This document shows, one piece after another, positions 10,655-20,905 of a DNA stretch of 64,000 bases. This stretch comes from Candidatus Staskawiczbacteria bacterium (GTDB lineage Bacteria > Patescibacteriota > Minisyncoccia > Minisyncoccales > Staskawiczbacteraceae). Location of the stretch: NCBI GenBank assembly GCA_016196125.1, contig JACPYG010000006.1, forward strand, positions 54,511 through 118,510. The letters are read 5' to 3'. The notes beneath the pieces are model-generated. The model saw nothing but the letters and a program-made list of their open reading frames with translations. It did no database searches and was not told the origin of the DNA. A program made the position numbers and the translations under genes. Positions within the stretch are counted from its first letter, which is position 1, and the number at the start of each line of letters is the position of its first letter.

Positions 10655-11499
10655 TTTTGAATGCTCCTTTTTATTCTTCCCAATAAAGTTCGTGGCGCCA
10701 TTATTAATCTGATAATTCTGCGCCATAATTTTATAGCCGAATCTGGCGTATCTCTCAATGTAATAATTTTTAAAGCTTTTTTAACATCTATTGCCCTTTC
10801 GTCTTGATTTATCCAAAAAACCTCTCTTAAAACATGAACGGTTGGAACCATCGTAATAAAACTTCTTTTAGCTAAAAACTCTTCGGCTTTTTTACCATAT
10901 AGTTCAAATCCTCCGGGTTTTTTTGAGTTTAAAAGTGATTTATTATTTTCCAACAGTTCAACCGCAAATTCTTTCTTAAAAATTCCCGGCAGGCTTACAA
11001 TGTATCCCCCTGGGTAATTGCGCCACAAATTTTTTAGGGCGCTGGAGTCCGTAAGGTATTCTTTGTATAAAGGTTTGTTAGCCATTAACGTATATTCGTG
11101 TTCGCGCCGCCAAAATTCCCGCAAATGAGTTATTCTTAATACATCTGATTTTGAATTATAAAACTCTTCCAGTAAATAAAAAAATAAATTTTTATGAGGG
11201 CAAACGAACCAATGGTCTTCCATGAAAAAAAATAACAAAGGATTATTTCTGCTTTTATCAATTCGGGAAACTTGTTCTTTCACTATTTCGTAATAAGTAG
11301 AATTATTATTATTGGTTATTAAAGCATCGTTATAATGTTTTAAAATCTCTTTGCGGCAGGACTTTGCGTATTTGCCTACAATATTAAAATTCCAATAAAA
11401 TAGCGAAGAAACTGAATTTAAAGACCGGAGGCCATTAATAAAAATTATTTTTCTATGCCATGAATTTATTTTTATTGAACCAATAATATATATTTTCAT
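10651..11499 (-). CDS. Hypothetical protein, possibly a divergent GT-A glycosyltransferase
   Basis: Translationally coupled in the glycan operon; FFFMEDHW resembles a DXD-type motif. Confidence 0.5.
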   Translation of the reverse strand: MKIYIIGSIKINSWHRKIIFINGLRSLNSVSSLFYWNFNIVGKYAKSCRKEILKHYNDALITNNNNSTYYEIVKEQVSRIDKSRNNPLLFFFMEDHWFVCPHKNLFFYLLEEFYNSKSDVLRITHLREFWRREHEYTLMANKPLYKEYLTDSSALKNLWRNYPGGYIVSLPGIFKKEFAVELLENNKSLLNSKKPGGFELYGKKAEEFLAKRSFITMVPTVHVLREVFWINQDERAIDVKKALKIITLRDTPDSAIKLWRRIIRLIMAPRTLLGRIKRSIQK

Positions 11500-12326
11500 A
11501 TAGTTATATGCTTTGCATATAATTTTCTTGAGACAGCCAAATAATTAATCGCTAAGAAAATCTCGTACTCTTCCTTATATGTATCTATCAATCTTATCCC
11601 GTCTTTTAAAATTCTGTAAATTTTATAATTGGGATTTAAAAAATCAAAAAAGTCCTTAAAAAAAGTCCTGGAATCTATGTCTGTTCCACCAAATTCAAAT
11701 TGGATAAAATCAGCCATTCCTGATGTAATTATTTTTTCTGCCCCCCTCAAAACATTCAACTCATTACCTTCAACATCTATTTTTAATAAATGGATATGCT
11801 CCACGTTATTTTCCCGACAGAAATCATCCAGGCGTCTGATAGCAACCTCTTCCTGTTGATCCATAGTAATGCCATGATGGTCCAGTTTTCTGGCATAAAG
11901 AGAGCCTAAAACCGAACCCTTTTGACCAGAGTAAAGAACCGCGGTTTTACTTTCTTCGCCAAAACCAATATTATATAATTTCACATTCTGGTGGTTTTTA
12001 AGGTTTTCCCCTAATAAACCAAAGGCTTTTTTAGACGGCTCAAAACAATGTAATCTTGTATTTTCTCCCAAAACGGAAAAAACTTCTTTGGAATAATCTC
12101 CTATATTAGCACCCACATCAAAAATAACAGGATTTACATCTTTGCCAATATGCGATTTTACATATTTTATAACCTCTTTTTCACCGTTAGATTCAATATC
12201 AATATTGCTAAAATTCATTCCTGTAATAGAAAATTGGTGCAATCGTTCAAAAAACCACTGCAATTCCTTTTTGCCAGCTATTTTATTAACCAAATAATTT
12301 ATTATCATCCTAAAATACTTCTTCAT
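11496..12326 (-). CDS. FkbM-family methyltransferase
   Basis: FDVGANIG, FEP, LKIDVEGNE, IQFEFG. Confidence 0.9.
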   Translation of the reverse strand: MKKYFRMIINYLVNKIAGKKELQWFFERLHQFSITGMNFSNIDIESNGEKEVIKYVKSHIGKDVNPVIFDVGANIGDYSKEVFSVLGENTRLHCFEPSKKAFGLLGENLKNHQNVKLYNIGFGEESKTAVLYSGQKGSVLGSLYARKLDHHGITMDQQEEVAIRRLDDFCRENNVEHIHLLKIDVEGNELNVLRGAEKIITSGMADFIQFEFGGTDIDSRTFFKDFFDFLNPNYKIYRILKDGIRLIDTYKEEYEIFLAINYLAVSRKLYAKHITI

Positions 12327-14989
12327 GCATTTTTCTTTTGCAAGATTGTCGCAGTTAAATTTTGATTACCTAAAAACTTTTCTTTTAGTTTCATGGCTTG
12401 ACTCAGCCAAACGGGAAACTCAAGATCATTGGCCACCATCTTTTCTAAAAAGCTTTTGGCCAGCGCTTCAAACGCGCGATTGTCAATATGCCGTTCTTTT
12501 TCCCCGACAACCACGATAGCGGGAAACGACCACCCCTTATATTTAGATTGTGTAACTTTCACAACCCTAAAACCAAACAATTTATAAATTGATGTCAAGG
12601 TAAAGCGATCCCAACCTTCTAAATGACTTCCCCATCCTGATTCCTTGCTTCCAAAAACCTGGCGTAAGATTTTCCATTTGTCTGTTTTAAAATAATTTTT
12701 CTTATATTTAATAGCAATGAGCGTGTTCCAGATAATCTCCATGGGACTGGTTAACCCAAGATACTTTCTGGCACACCATTCAAAATCTGGCGTCGCAATT
12801 TCAAGTTTGCCTCCCCTTTTTAACCAACGATTAAAGACAAACATTAATACCACCGCTTGGTATCTATGAAAATGCTCAAACACATGATGCAATTTTATCT
12901 CATCAACAGAGTTATCATTAAATTGTAAATCTAATATGCTCGCATCAATATCGTAGGAAATTCCCTCCCTTTTCGTATTATCAATATTTATATACCCCGG
13001 TAATATAACGCTACCACAACCCAAATGAAGTTTTACTTCTTTATGTTCCATGTTATATGTAGACTGTTTAAAGTTGACATAAATATCACCCCACACATCC
13101 TTGTTTTCTATTTTTTCCAATGCTTCAAAAAGTTCGGCCCCTAATACCCAATCTTTAAAAGATAATTTTCCAGATTCTCCAACCGAATAATTAAATGTAG
13201 CGTTGCCCAAGGACGATACATAATCAACACATTCCTTGGCATCGACCAAAAACTCTTTGGTGAATTCAAAAGATATGTAAGGTATTAGTTTTGTTAGCCC
13301 TTTTAAAACTTCTTTTTCAAATCCTTCAACATCTATTTTGCAAAATTTCGGCAATCCGTGTTTGGATATTAAATTATCCAAAGTCGTAACCGGTACTTTT
13401 TCTATTGTAGCCCCTTTATAACTTTTTGAGAAACAGCCTTCTTTTTTCCACTTTTCAGACATAGTTGCAAGCACGCTCCGATCTTCACCGATTGATAATT
13501 CCATAAAACCAGAATTCGCGGCCAATCCTTTATTTACCACGACAAGATTTTTATTATCTCCATAGAACTCTTGAATTTTTTGGCATGCGAGCTCCTGTGG
13601 TTCAACCGCTATTACTTTTGCCCCTAATTTTAAAAATATATTTGTTTTGTTGCCGATGTTTGCTCCAACGTCAAAACATACATCCCCCTTTTTTATAAAT
13701 TGAGAGTAAAAAATTAGTTCTCTCTTCTCTTGCCTTACCGTTTCTGGATACAGTAAGTTCTTTTTCAATGATAAAATACTGCGAGCAATATAATGGTGAT
13801 TAAAGGTTTTTTTTCTTATAGTAAGATTGTTTTGGTAATCCGCAAGTTGTTTTACGAAATCGCTGATATTACCCGGCGCATCATTGGCAAAAGGTCCCCT
13901 CCCCACAATCTTGCGTGAAAAGCTTCGATATAGTGCCACCGGATTGCGGTATGACCAGAATGCAACGAATTTATTTGTCATAACATATTTAAAGAACTGC
14001 AAAATACTAAAAGGGTGGTACTTTCTTATCTGCTCTCTTTTTTGGATAATTTCTTTGATGCTGATATTCCATTTAAAGTATCCTGACTGCTGGACGATAA
14101 ACGCCCACATGGCATTATAGTTAAAATGCAAATTATCATAACATTGCGGAAACTTATCCATCGCGACCAATATTGCGTCTTGGAGTACATTAGCCAATAT
14201 GTCTATTCCAGGAAATAACGATGGATGAATTTGATAATTTTTATACTCTTGAATCATCTTTTCCGTATTCACCCGGCTATCCTTGCCATATGCCACTGCG
14301 CTGTTTGATTTAGGAGACCGTCCCGACACCGTAACGGCATACCCCACATTAATTGCCGTATCACAAAAAACCGGTATGGCAAATGACGTGAAAAGATCAG
14401 GCTGGGTAGAATGAAATACCCGACCGGTCTGCTTTCGTATTATATCTAAAATGGATTTGGCAACTGCGCCGTGATATACAGAAGGAAGTTGTCCGCTCTC
14501 TCTCATCACAGCTATGAATCTGGCGGCTAATTTTTTTAAGCTAATCTCAAATGGATGAATATCGGGGGACAAATAATACGCGGAGGCCCCCAGATCATTT
14601 TTAGGCCAGGTATAGAGAGGCATGGGCCAACAATATACTAAATTGGGGCTACTCTTGATGGTATTTTGTAACATATCTATCGCGCCAGGCATAATAGCAT
14701 CATCGTCTCCAATAAAAATCATGTATTCTCCTTTTGCATGTTCCAAGGCAAATTCATAATTATCGCACATAGATAAACGTCTGCCTGAATTGACATACAC
14801 CAAACGAGAGTCATTAAAACTCTCAACAACTTCTTTAGTATTATCTTGGCTGAAATTATCAGAAACAACCACCTCGTAATCATCACTATTTTGGTCCAAC
14901 GCAGTCTTTATGGCAAACAATAACGTATCGGCTCTTTCCCGCGTTGGGATAATCACGCTAATAAATGGTTTTACCCGCTGGTTATCCAT
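12323..14989 (-). CDS. Three-domain fusion: GT2 + FkbM methyltransferase + class I SAM methyltransferase
   Basis: ISVIIPT...IGDDD (GT2); FDVGANIG...KIDVEGFE (FkbM); LHLGCGS...HHVFEHF...LKRGG (MTase). Confidence 0.85.
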   Translation of the reverse strand: MDNQRVKPFISVIIPTRERADTLLFAIKTALDQNSDDYEVVVSDNFSQDNTKEVVESFNDSRLVYVNSGRRLSMCDNYEFALEHAKGEYMIFIGDDDAIMPGAIDMLQNTIKSSPNLVYCWPMPLYTWPKNDLGASAYYLSPDIHPFEISLKKLAARFIAVMRESGQLPSVYHGAVAKSILDIIRKQTGRVFHSTQPDLFTSFAIPVFCDTAINVGYAVTVSGRSPKSNSAVAYGKDSRVNTEKMIQEYKNYQIHPSLFPGIDILANVLQDAILVAMDKFPQCYDNLHFNYNAMWAFIVQQSGYFKWNISIKEIIQKREQIRKYHPFSILQFFKYVMTNKFVAFWSYRNPVALYRSFSRKIVGRGPFANDAPGNISDFVKQLADYQNNLTIRKKTFNHHYIARSILSLKKNLLYPETVRQEKRELIFYSQFIKKGDVCFDVGANIGNKTNIFLKLGAKVIAVEPQELACQKIQEFYGDNKNLVVVNKGLAANSGFMELSIGEDRSVLATMSEKWKKEGCFSKSYKGATIEKVPVTTLDNLISKHGLPKFCKIDVEGFEKEVLKGLTKLIPYISFEFTKEFLVDAKECVDYVSSLGNATFNYSVGESGKLSFKDWVLGAELFEALEKIENKDVWGDIYVNFKQSTYNMEHKEVKLHLGCGSVILPGYINIDNTKREGISYDIDASILDLQFNDNSVDEIKLHHVFEHFHRYQAVVLMFVFNRWLKRGGKLEIATPDFEWCARKYLGLTSPMEIIWNTLIAIKYKKNYFKTDKWKILRQVFGSKESGWGSHLEGWDRFTLTSIYKLFGFRVVKVTQSKYKGWSFPAIVVVGEKERHIDNRAFEALAKSFLEKMVANDLEFPVWLSQAMKLKEKFLGNQNLTATILQKKNA

Positions 14990-15854
14990 TATTATCTAAA
15001 AAGTTAAAATATGACCTTAGACCTTCTTGCCACGAGGGCAATGTTATTCCCAAAGATTTGGCTTTAGTATTTTTTAAAGCTGAAAACTTTGGACGCTTTA
15101 CCTGACCATCAAAACCATGCCTGTCCACCGGTTTTAATTCTTTATTGATGCCGGCTAAGGTGAAAATTTCTTTTGTAAATTCATACCAACTGCATGCTCC
15201 CTCGTTAACCAAATGATATATTCCAGATTTTGCTTCGCTCGTAAGTAATTTTAAGGTGGCTTTGCTTAAATCACCCGCATATGCAGGACTTACAATCTGC
15301 TCGCAACTAACCTCAATAACTTTTTTATCTTGCGCCTCTTTGATAATATTTAACACAAAATTTCCTTTTTCCGGACTGCCTTTTTTACCGCCATAAAGAC
15401 CGCAAGTTCTGACAACAAAAACCCCGCCAGGATAAACATGTAAAGCAGCGTATTCTCCGGCCAATTTTGACAGACCATACACTTGCAAAGGATTGGGCAA
15501 ATCCTCTTCATCATAAGGCGCTCCTTTTTCTCCATCAAACACATAATCTGAGCTATAGGTAACAAAAATGACATTATTTTCTTGACATACTCTGGCTAAA
15601 TTTTGCACTGCAATAAAATGTACCGCCATTGCTAATGAAGGATTTGCCTCACACAGCAAAATAACTTGATAGGCTGATGTATTGATGACAATATCCGGTT
15701 TAATTTTCTCAATTTTTTCTTTCACTTGTAAGTGGTTGATAACATCCAATTCTTCTTGTTCAAAACCGACAATTTCAAAACCGAAAGAAAAAGCATCTTT
15801 TATTATTTCACTTCCCAACTGACCGTTTTTACCAATCAATAAAATTTTTTTCAT
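14982..15854 (-). CDS. rfbD: dTDP-4-dehydrorhamnose reductase
   Basis: GKNGQLG, SSDYVFDG, YGLSKLAGE, RPKFSAL. Confidence 0.9.
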   Translation of the reverse strand: MKKILLIGKNGQLGSEIIKDAFSFGFEIVGFEQEELDVINHLQVKEKIEKIKPDIVINTSAYQVILLCEANPSLAMAVHFIAVQNLARVCQENNVIFVTYSSDYVFDGEKGAPYDEEDLPNPLQVYGLSKLAGEYAALHVYPGGVFVVRTCGLYGGKKGSPEKGNFVLNIIKEAQDKKVIEVSCEQIVSPAYAGDLSKATLKLLTSEAKSGIYHLVNEGACSWYEFTKEIFTLAGINKELKPVDRHGFDGQVKRPKFSALKNTKAKSLGITLPSWQEGLRSYFNFLDNNG

Positions 15855-15930
15855 CGTAATAGAGGCCAGTTTCTATCTTTTTCCAAAAAAATTGGAGGCT
15901 TTATAGCCCATTTAGTATTGATAAATTTAG
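15851..15930 (-). pseudogene. C-terminal relic of dTDP-4-dehydrorhamnose 3,5-epimerase (rmlC/rfbC-like)
   Basis: Start-less frame KFINTKWAIKPPIFLEKDRNWPLLR* resembles RmlC C-termini (I.WP...P.LS.KD...P.L); its TGA overlaps the rfbD ATG. Confidence 0.6.
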
Positions 15931-17151
15931 CTATACGATTTTTATTTCTGGTATTGGTATAATGAACTTTCCTCCGTTCTGACGCCAGTTTTTTAATTCT
16001 TCCATCTGCATAACTTCATCGGCGAGATTCCAGCATAAAATGAGAAGATAGTCAGGCTTTTCTTCACTTATTTTTTCTGGCGGATACACTAATAAATGAG
16101 TTCCGGGCGTATATAAACCCTGTTTTGCTTTTGATTTATCAACAATAAAATCCAGATAATTTCCATCAATACCAAAATAAAGCAATAAAATATTTCCTCG
16201 TGCGGGGGCAGAATAAGCGGCTACTCTTTTACCTTCTCTCTTAAGTTTTTTTAACAAATCCACTAATTCATGTTTTATCGCCAGCACACTCTCGCTCATT
16301 TTCTGATATGTTTCTAATTTATCAAACCCGCTTTCAATTTCTTTTGCTTTAAGGTTTTTAACATTTTCATGTATTGGTAAAACTCCGGAATGGGAAGCAA
16401 AAATCATTAAAGACCCTCCTTGCATCGGGGTCATTTTTACATCATAAATTTCTAAATCTACTGACTTAAACAGATGTATTAGCGCAATAAGAGAATAGTA
16501 AAAAACATGTTCATGATAAATAATATCAAATTTATTTTCCACTAAACCCTGGACATATGGAAATTCAAAAACAGCTGTTCCTTTTGGCTTTAAAAGCTCT
16601 TTTACCCCCTTTACAAAACCGACAATTTCCGGCACATGAGCCAATACATTAGCGCCAAAAATTAAATCTGCCTGGACATTTTGCTCTTCTTTTAGTTTTT
16701 TAGCCAAGGGATAACTAAAGAATTCATCAATGGTTCTAATACCTTTTTCGTTGGCCACCTTTGCAATATTTTTAGCAGGATCTACTCCCAAAACCGGAAT
16801 TCCCAATTCTTTAAAACATTGCAGCTGGGAACCATCGTTGCTGGCAATTTCTAATACCAAACTTTCTTTGTCAAGGTTTAATTTTTTAGCTAAGTAATCT
16901 GCATTCTCTTTGCAATGTTCCAAAAAATACTTAGAAACAGATGAAAAATAAATATAATCTCTGAAAAGATCTTCCGGAGATATAATATCTATAATCTGGA
17001 CTAAAAAACATTTCGGACAAAAGCCAACGCTTAAATTATATTTTTTTTCTGAAGCAAAATCTTCTTCTTTTTTTAAAAAAAGGTTCAGAGAGGGTATTTG
17101 TCCCAAAGAAAAAAACTCTACTAATTCTGTTTCGCAACTTCTGCAATTCAT
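15931..17151 (-). CDS. NDP-hexose C-methyltransferase (zinc-binding N-terminus)
   Basis: CRSC...CPKC, LEIASNDG, FDIIYHEH, KQGLYTPGTH, KFIIPIP. Confidence 0.88.
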   Translation of the reverse strand: MNCRSCETELVEFFSLGQIPSLNLFLKKEEDFASEKKYNLSVGFCPKCFLVQIIDIISPEDLFRDYIYFSSVSKYFLEHCKENADYLAKKLNLDKESLVLEIASNDGSQLQCFKELGIPVLGVDPAKNIAKVANEKGIRTIDEFFSYPLAKKLKEEQNVQADLIFGANVLAHVPEIVGFVKGVKELLKPKGTAVFEFPYVQGLVENKFDIIYHEHVFYYSLIALIHLFKSVDLEIYDVKMTPMQGGSLMIFASHSGVLPIHENVKNLKAKEIESGFDKLETYQKMSESVLAIKHELVDLLKKLKREGKRVAAYSAPARGNILLLYFGIDGNYLDFIVDKSKAKQGLYTPGTHLLVYPPEKISEEKPDYLLILCWNLADEVMQMEELKNWRQNGGKFIIPIPEIKIV

Positions 17152-17292
17152 ACTTATTGAAACTAACAAGATTTCTTTTAAAAAGAATCTGCTTGTTGGT
17201 TGGTTAAATTAATAATATTTTTTACAATAATAACTTTATATAACCTTTTATCATGACTTTATCATTTGTTAAAATTGTAGTATAGTTTTACA

Positions 17293-17832
17293 ATGAATAT
17301 AGAAAATAATTTTGGTATTTCAAACATTTCCCAAAAAGAAATTAAAAATCTTGCCGCTTTAGTGCTAAAAAATATTTCAAATCCGGAGAATGGATTGGGA
17401 AAAGATCTTTTCAATGCGATTATCGCTATTGTTCCCCAAACAACCGTTGAAGCGATCATTGTGGACAGTATCGATCATCCAACAAAAGTGCTGGTTATGC
17501 CAAGGAATGACCGTAACTACCCTAAGTCATGCCATTTACCGGGAAGCTTTATCAGATATAGCGAAACTTTTTCCAGAAGGTTACACCGTCTTGTGCAGAC
17601 AGAACTGAAAGTGGACATCAGAAAATTTAAAGATACTAACATTAAATACAACTGCTTGGAAAAGAAAAATAAGAGGCATATTATAGGACTTTACTTCTTA
17701 GTCCAACTTATTGCTAATCCCACGGTCGTACATCGATGGGTGGATTATATCCCTAAAAATCTTATAAGGCAACATAAAGATTTTTTAAAGAACTATTTTC
17801 ATTGGAAAATCGGAGCATCGCTTTGGGAATAA
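17293..17832 (+). CDS. NUDIX-fold protein, GDP-mannose hydrolase-like, with degenerate Nudix box
   Basis: P..TVEAIIV...HLPGSFIRYSETF...ELK pattern; leaderless TATAGT promoter. Confidence 0.6.
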   Translation: MNIENNFGISNISQKEIKNLAALVLKNISNPENGLGKDLFNAIIAIVPQTTVEAIIVDSIDHPTKVLVMPRNDRNYPKSCHLPGSFIRYSETFSRRLHRLVQTELKVDIRKFKDTNIKYNCLEKKNKRHIIGLYFLVQLIANPTVVHRWVDYIPKNLIRQHKDFLKNYFHWKIGASLWE

Positions 17833-17836
17833 AATA

Positions 17837-18796
17837 CTACGCGGTGTTATTTTTACTTTGAAGCCAGTCGAATGTTTCTTTTATTCCGTCTTCAAAAGTT
17901 GTTACGGGTTGCCAATGTAACGTTTCTCTTGCTTTGGTCCAATCAAGATATTGGCGCGGTATCTCATTATTGGCCATATTCAATATTTTGTAATTAATTT
18001 TTACTCCCAGGATTCCTTCAATTTTTTTGACGACATCTATCGTACTAAAAATATTTTTACTGGCGAAATTAAACGCTTCCCCCACAACCTTTTCTTTATT
18101 TTCCATTAATTTAATACAACCATCAGCTATGTCTTTTACATAAGTATAACCTCTTACCATTTTGCCGTCGCTTCTTATTAAAAGTTCTTTGTTTTCTATA
18201 ATAGCATTGATGGTTCCAGGAACTATTCTAGAAAAATTAAGGTCGCCAGGTCCAAAAACATTACTAAATCTTGTTATTGCAATGGGAAGATTGTAAGTAT
18301 GAAAATATGTTTGAGCTATCAAATCAGCCGCTGATTTAGAAGCATCGTAGGGATGGTCTCCCTTTAAGGGGAAATGTTCTTTGTAGGGAAGTTTTTTAGA
18401 TTTACCGTAAGCTTTATCTGATGAAACAACAACAATGGTTTCTAAATTTTTTCTTTTCCTACAAATTTCTAAGATATTAACCGTACCCATCACGTTTGTT
18501 TCTATGGCTTTATAGGGGTTTTTATAGGCATCTTCAACCAGGGGTTGGGCGGCAAGATGGAACACGATAGCGGGATTTTCTTTTTCAAAAATTTTAGAAA
18601 TATTTCTATCTCTTACATCTGCTTTATAAAATGTCGCTTTTAGATGTATATTTTCTTTTTTACCAGAAGACAAATCATCTATCACAACTACATGATAGCT
18701 TTTTTGTATTAGCTTATTTACAATATGACTTCCAATAAATCCGGCTCCGCCCGTAACTATCACATTTTTAAATTTTAGCTTAGATATACTTTTCAT
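17837..18796 (-). CDS. rfbG: CDP-glucose 4,6-dehydratase-like SDR
   Basis: HLAAQPLV, SSDKAY, PYDASKS, GPGDLNFSRIVP; follows rfbF. Confidence 0.75.
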   Translation of the reverse strand: MKSISKLKFKNVIVTGGAGFIGSHIVNKLIQKSYHVVVIDDLSSGKKENIHLKATFYKADVRDRNISKIFEKENPAIVFHLAAQPLVEDAYKNPYKAIETNVMGTVNILEICRKRKNLETIVVVSSDKAYGKSKKLPYKEHFPLKGDHPYDASKSAADLIAQTYFHTYNLPIAITRFSNVFGPGDLNFSRIVPGTINAIIENKELLIRSDGKMVRGYTYVKDIADGCIKLMENKEKVVGEAFNFASKNIFSTIDVVKKIEGILGVKINYKILNMANNEIPRQYLDWTKARETLHWQPVTTFEDGIKETFDWLQSKNNTA

Positions 18797-18824
18797 CTTT
18801 GATTTTTACTCTATCTATAATATT

Positions 18825-19586
18825 TTATTTTTCCCAAACTGTCCATGGCTTGCTATCGTGCCATAATTTATTAAGTTCTTCCATTTCCCTGTAGGTATCC
18901 ATTGCCTTCCAAAATCCTTCGTGCCTGTAGATTGACAACTGGCGGATGGCTGCCATTTTTTTCAAACCACTTTGTTCGTGTCCATTATCAAAATACTCTA
19001 AGGCTTTTTTGTTAAATATCATGAATCCGCCGCTTACATAATCATGCATCAGTGGCTTTTCATCGAAACTTTCAACTAAATTATTGCCATCGGTTTTTAT
19101 GAGTCCATATTTGGAATAGGGATGCACGCCACTGATAGTGCCCAAAAGCCCCTGCTTTTGATGAAAAGCTACTAATTCTTTAATGTTAATATTGCCGACG
19201 CCATCGCCATAAGTAAGCATAAAATTATTCTCGGTAATATATTTTTGCGCCCGCAAAATCCGTTCGCCCGTATTGCTTTCCAATCCGGTATCAGCAAAGG
19301 TAATTTTAAAATCATCACCAACACTGTTATGGAACGCCGTTTCATGAGTAGCGGCATCAAGGGTAAAATCATTCTGGAATTTTTTTTGATTTAAAAAGTA
19401 ATCCTTTATCATCTCCCCTTTATAACCCAAAGCCAATATAAATTCGTTATAGCCGTAATGGGCGTATATTTTCATGATATGCCACAGTATCGGCTTTCCG
19501 CCAATTAAAACCATTGCTTTTGGTTTGTATTCGGTTTCTTCTTTCATGCGGGTGCCCAAGCCCCCGCAAAGTATTATTGTTTTCAT
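18825..19586 (-). CDS. rfbF: Glucose-1-phosphate cytidylyltransferase
   Basis: LCGGLGTRMKEETEYKPK, TYGDG, HEGFWKAMDT. Confidence 0.92.
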   Translation of the reverse strand: MKTIILCGGLGTRMKEETEYKPKAMVLIGGKPILWHIMKIYAHYGYNEFILALGYKGEMIKDYFLNQKKFQNDFTLDAATHETAFHNSVGDDFKITFADTGLESNTGERILRAQKYITENNFMLTYGDGVGNINIKELVAFHQKQGLLGTISGVHPYSKYGLIKTDGNNLVESFDEKPLMHDYVSGGFMIFNKKALEYFDNGHEQSGLKKMAAIRQLSIYRHEGFWKAMDTYREMEELNKLWHDSKPWTVWEK

Positions 19587-19587
19587 T

Positions 19588-20904
19588 TTATATAAATTTT
19601 AATTTTTGGTTTTCTGTATTTTTTCTCTCTATGTCTTTTATTATTTCTAAAAATCGTTCTATGGGATTATACCTTGTTTCTATGTAATTATTATTAAATT
19701 TAGTTTTGAATTTATCTAAGTTCTTTGCACTGGCTATTTTTTTAAGATAATCCTCTAACTCTTCTATGGTTTGAAATGAGGCGCTACATGCACCCAATGC
19801 TTCAAAGTTATCTGATTTTATCGGATAATTCATCAATTGTAAAGATACTTTTGAGCTCATGGTTGCCTCAACTAATGAAGTTGACTGGAAGCTTATAAAT
19901 ATATCTGCTGTTTTAAATGCCTCTTGCAACCCTTCTCTTGTGTCAGTAAATGCAATATCTTTTAAATTTTTCTTTAGTAATTCTCTATTTTCTCCTGGAT
20001 GCGGCCTATAAAAAAACTTTATTCTTAGCTTATTGCAGATTTCATTTATTTTTTTGATGGTTTCCATCTTAACATCAAAAAATTCTTCATTGTAAAATTC
20101 TAAATTAGTGCCTAAATAATAAACAATATAATTTTTATCTTTTTTCTTGGTATCTTTATTTTTTTCAATTAAATACGGATAGCCCAATATATAAATATCT
20201 TCTGATTTTCTCACGTTTTGTTTTTCATATAAATCTGCAAAATATTTTCCCCAAACCAAAAGATAATCAACAAATTTACCGCTCTCAATTGGCCAAAAAG
20301 AATCGTCTATTCCGTGTTGAATCTCCAAAGTAATAATACCCAATTTTTTGCTCGCTAACACAATTGCCCTTTCAATTGGTAAAACATCGCTCCATAAAAC
20401 AATATAATCTGGTTTGGCAATTCTTAATTTATTTTCTACTTCTTCAATCAAACGGTAAAGATATTTAATATTATTTTCTTTTAAGTAACTTAAAATATAC
20501 TGATCTAAATCACTAGTAACGATGTAACCTATAAAATTTTTAACTGCAAAAAATCTATCCCAATTACCATGATTAATTAATCCTACTTTTTGATATTTCT
20601 TCGCTCCCAAAATAATGTTGTAATATTTAAATGGCCTAAATAGAATATTTTTTTTGTTTCTTTGAAAACTTAAAAAGGGGTTTTTATTAGAATATAGTTT
20701 TGAAAAAATCCTATCTAAAAATCTAACTAAAAATCTGTTCTTGCTGTATCTATCAACATTTAACTGCAAAGTTTGATAAAATGATTCTTTCTCGGTATTT
20801 TTAACCCAGGCCACTTCTTTGAATCTATCAAAGAAATCAAATAAAAACTGAGGAAGTTTTTCACTGGGTATAATTTTTTCGTAATCAGAATATGCGGTAT
20901 TCAT
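19588..20904 (-). CDS. Putative GT-B nonulosonate/phosphopolyol transferase
   Basis: EIQHG, LVWG, RPHP, STSLVEA motifs; lies beside the flippase and pse genes. Confidence 0.5.
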   Translation of the reverse strand: MNTAYSDYEKIIPSEKLPQFLFDFFDRFKEVAWVKNTEKESFYQTLQLNVDRYSKNRFLVRFLDRIFSKLYSNKNPFLSFQRNKKNILFRPFKYYNIILGAKKYQKVGLINHGNWDRFFAVKNFIGYIVTSDLDQYILSYLKENNIKYLYRLIEEVENKLRIAKPDYIVLWSDVLPIERAIVLASKKLGIITLEIQHGIDDSFWPIESGKFVDYLLVWGKYFADLYEKQNVRKSEDIYILGYPYLIEKNKDTKKKDKNYIVYYLGTNLEFYNEEFFDVKMETIKKINEICNKLRIKFFYRPHPGENRELLKKNLKDIAFTDTREGLQEAFKTADIFISFQSTSLVEATMSSKVSLQLMNYPIKSDNFEALGACSASFQTIEELEDYLKKIASAKNLDKFKTKFNNNYIETRYNPIERFLEIIKDIERKNTENQKLKFI

Positions 20905-20905
20905 A

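Noticed and set aside
17165-17197. Imperfect AT-rich hairpin upstream of the C-methyltransferase
   Set aside because: Low complexity and mismatched; cannot be distinguished from chance.
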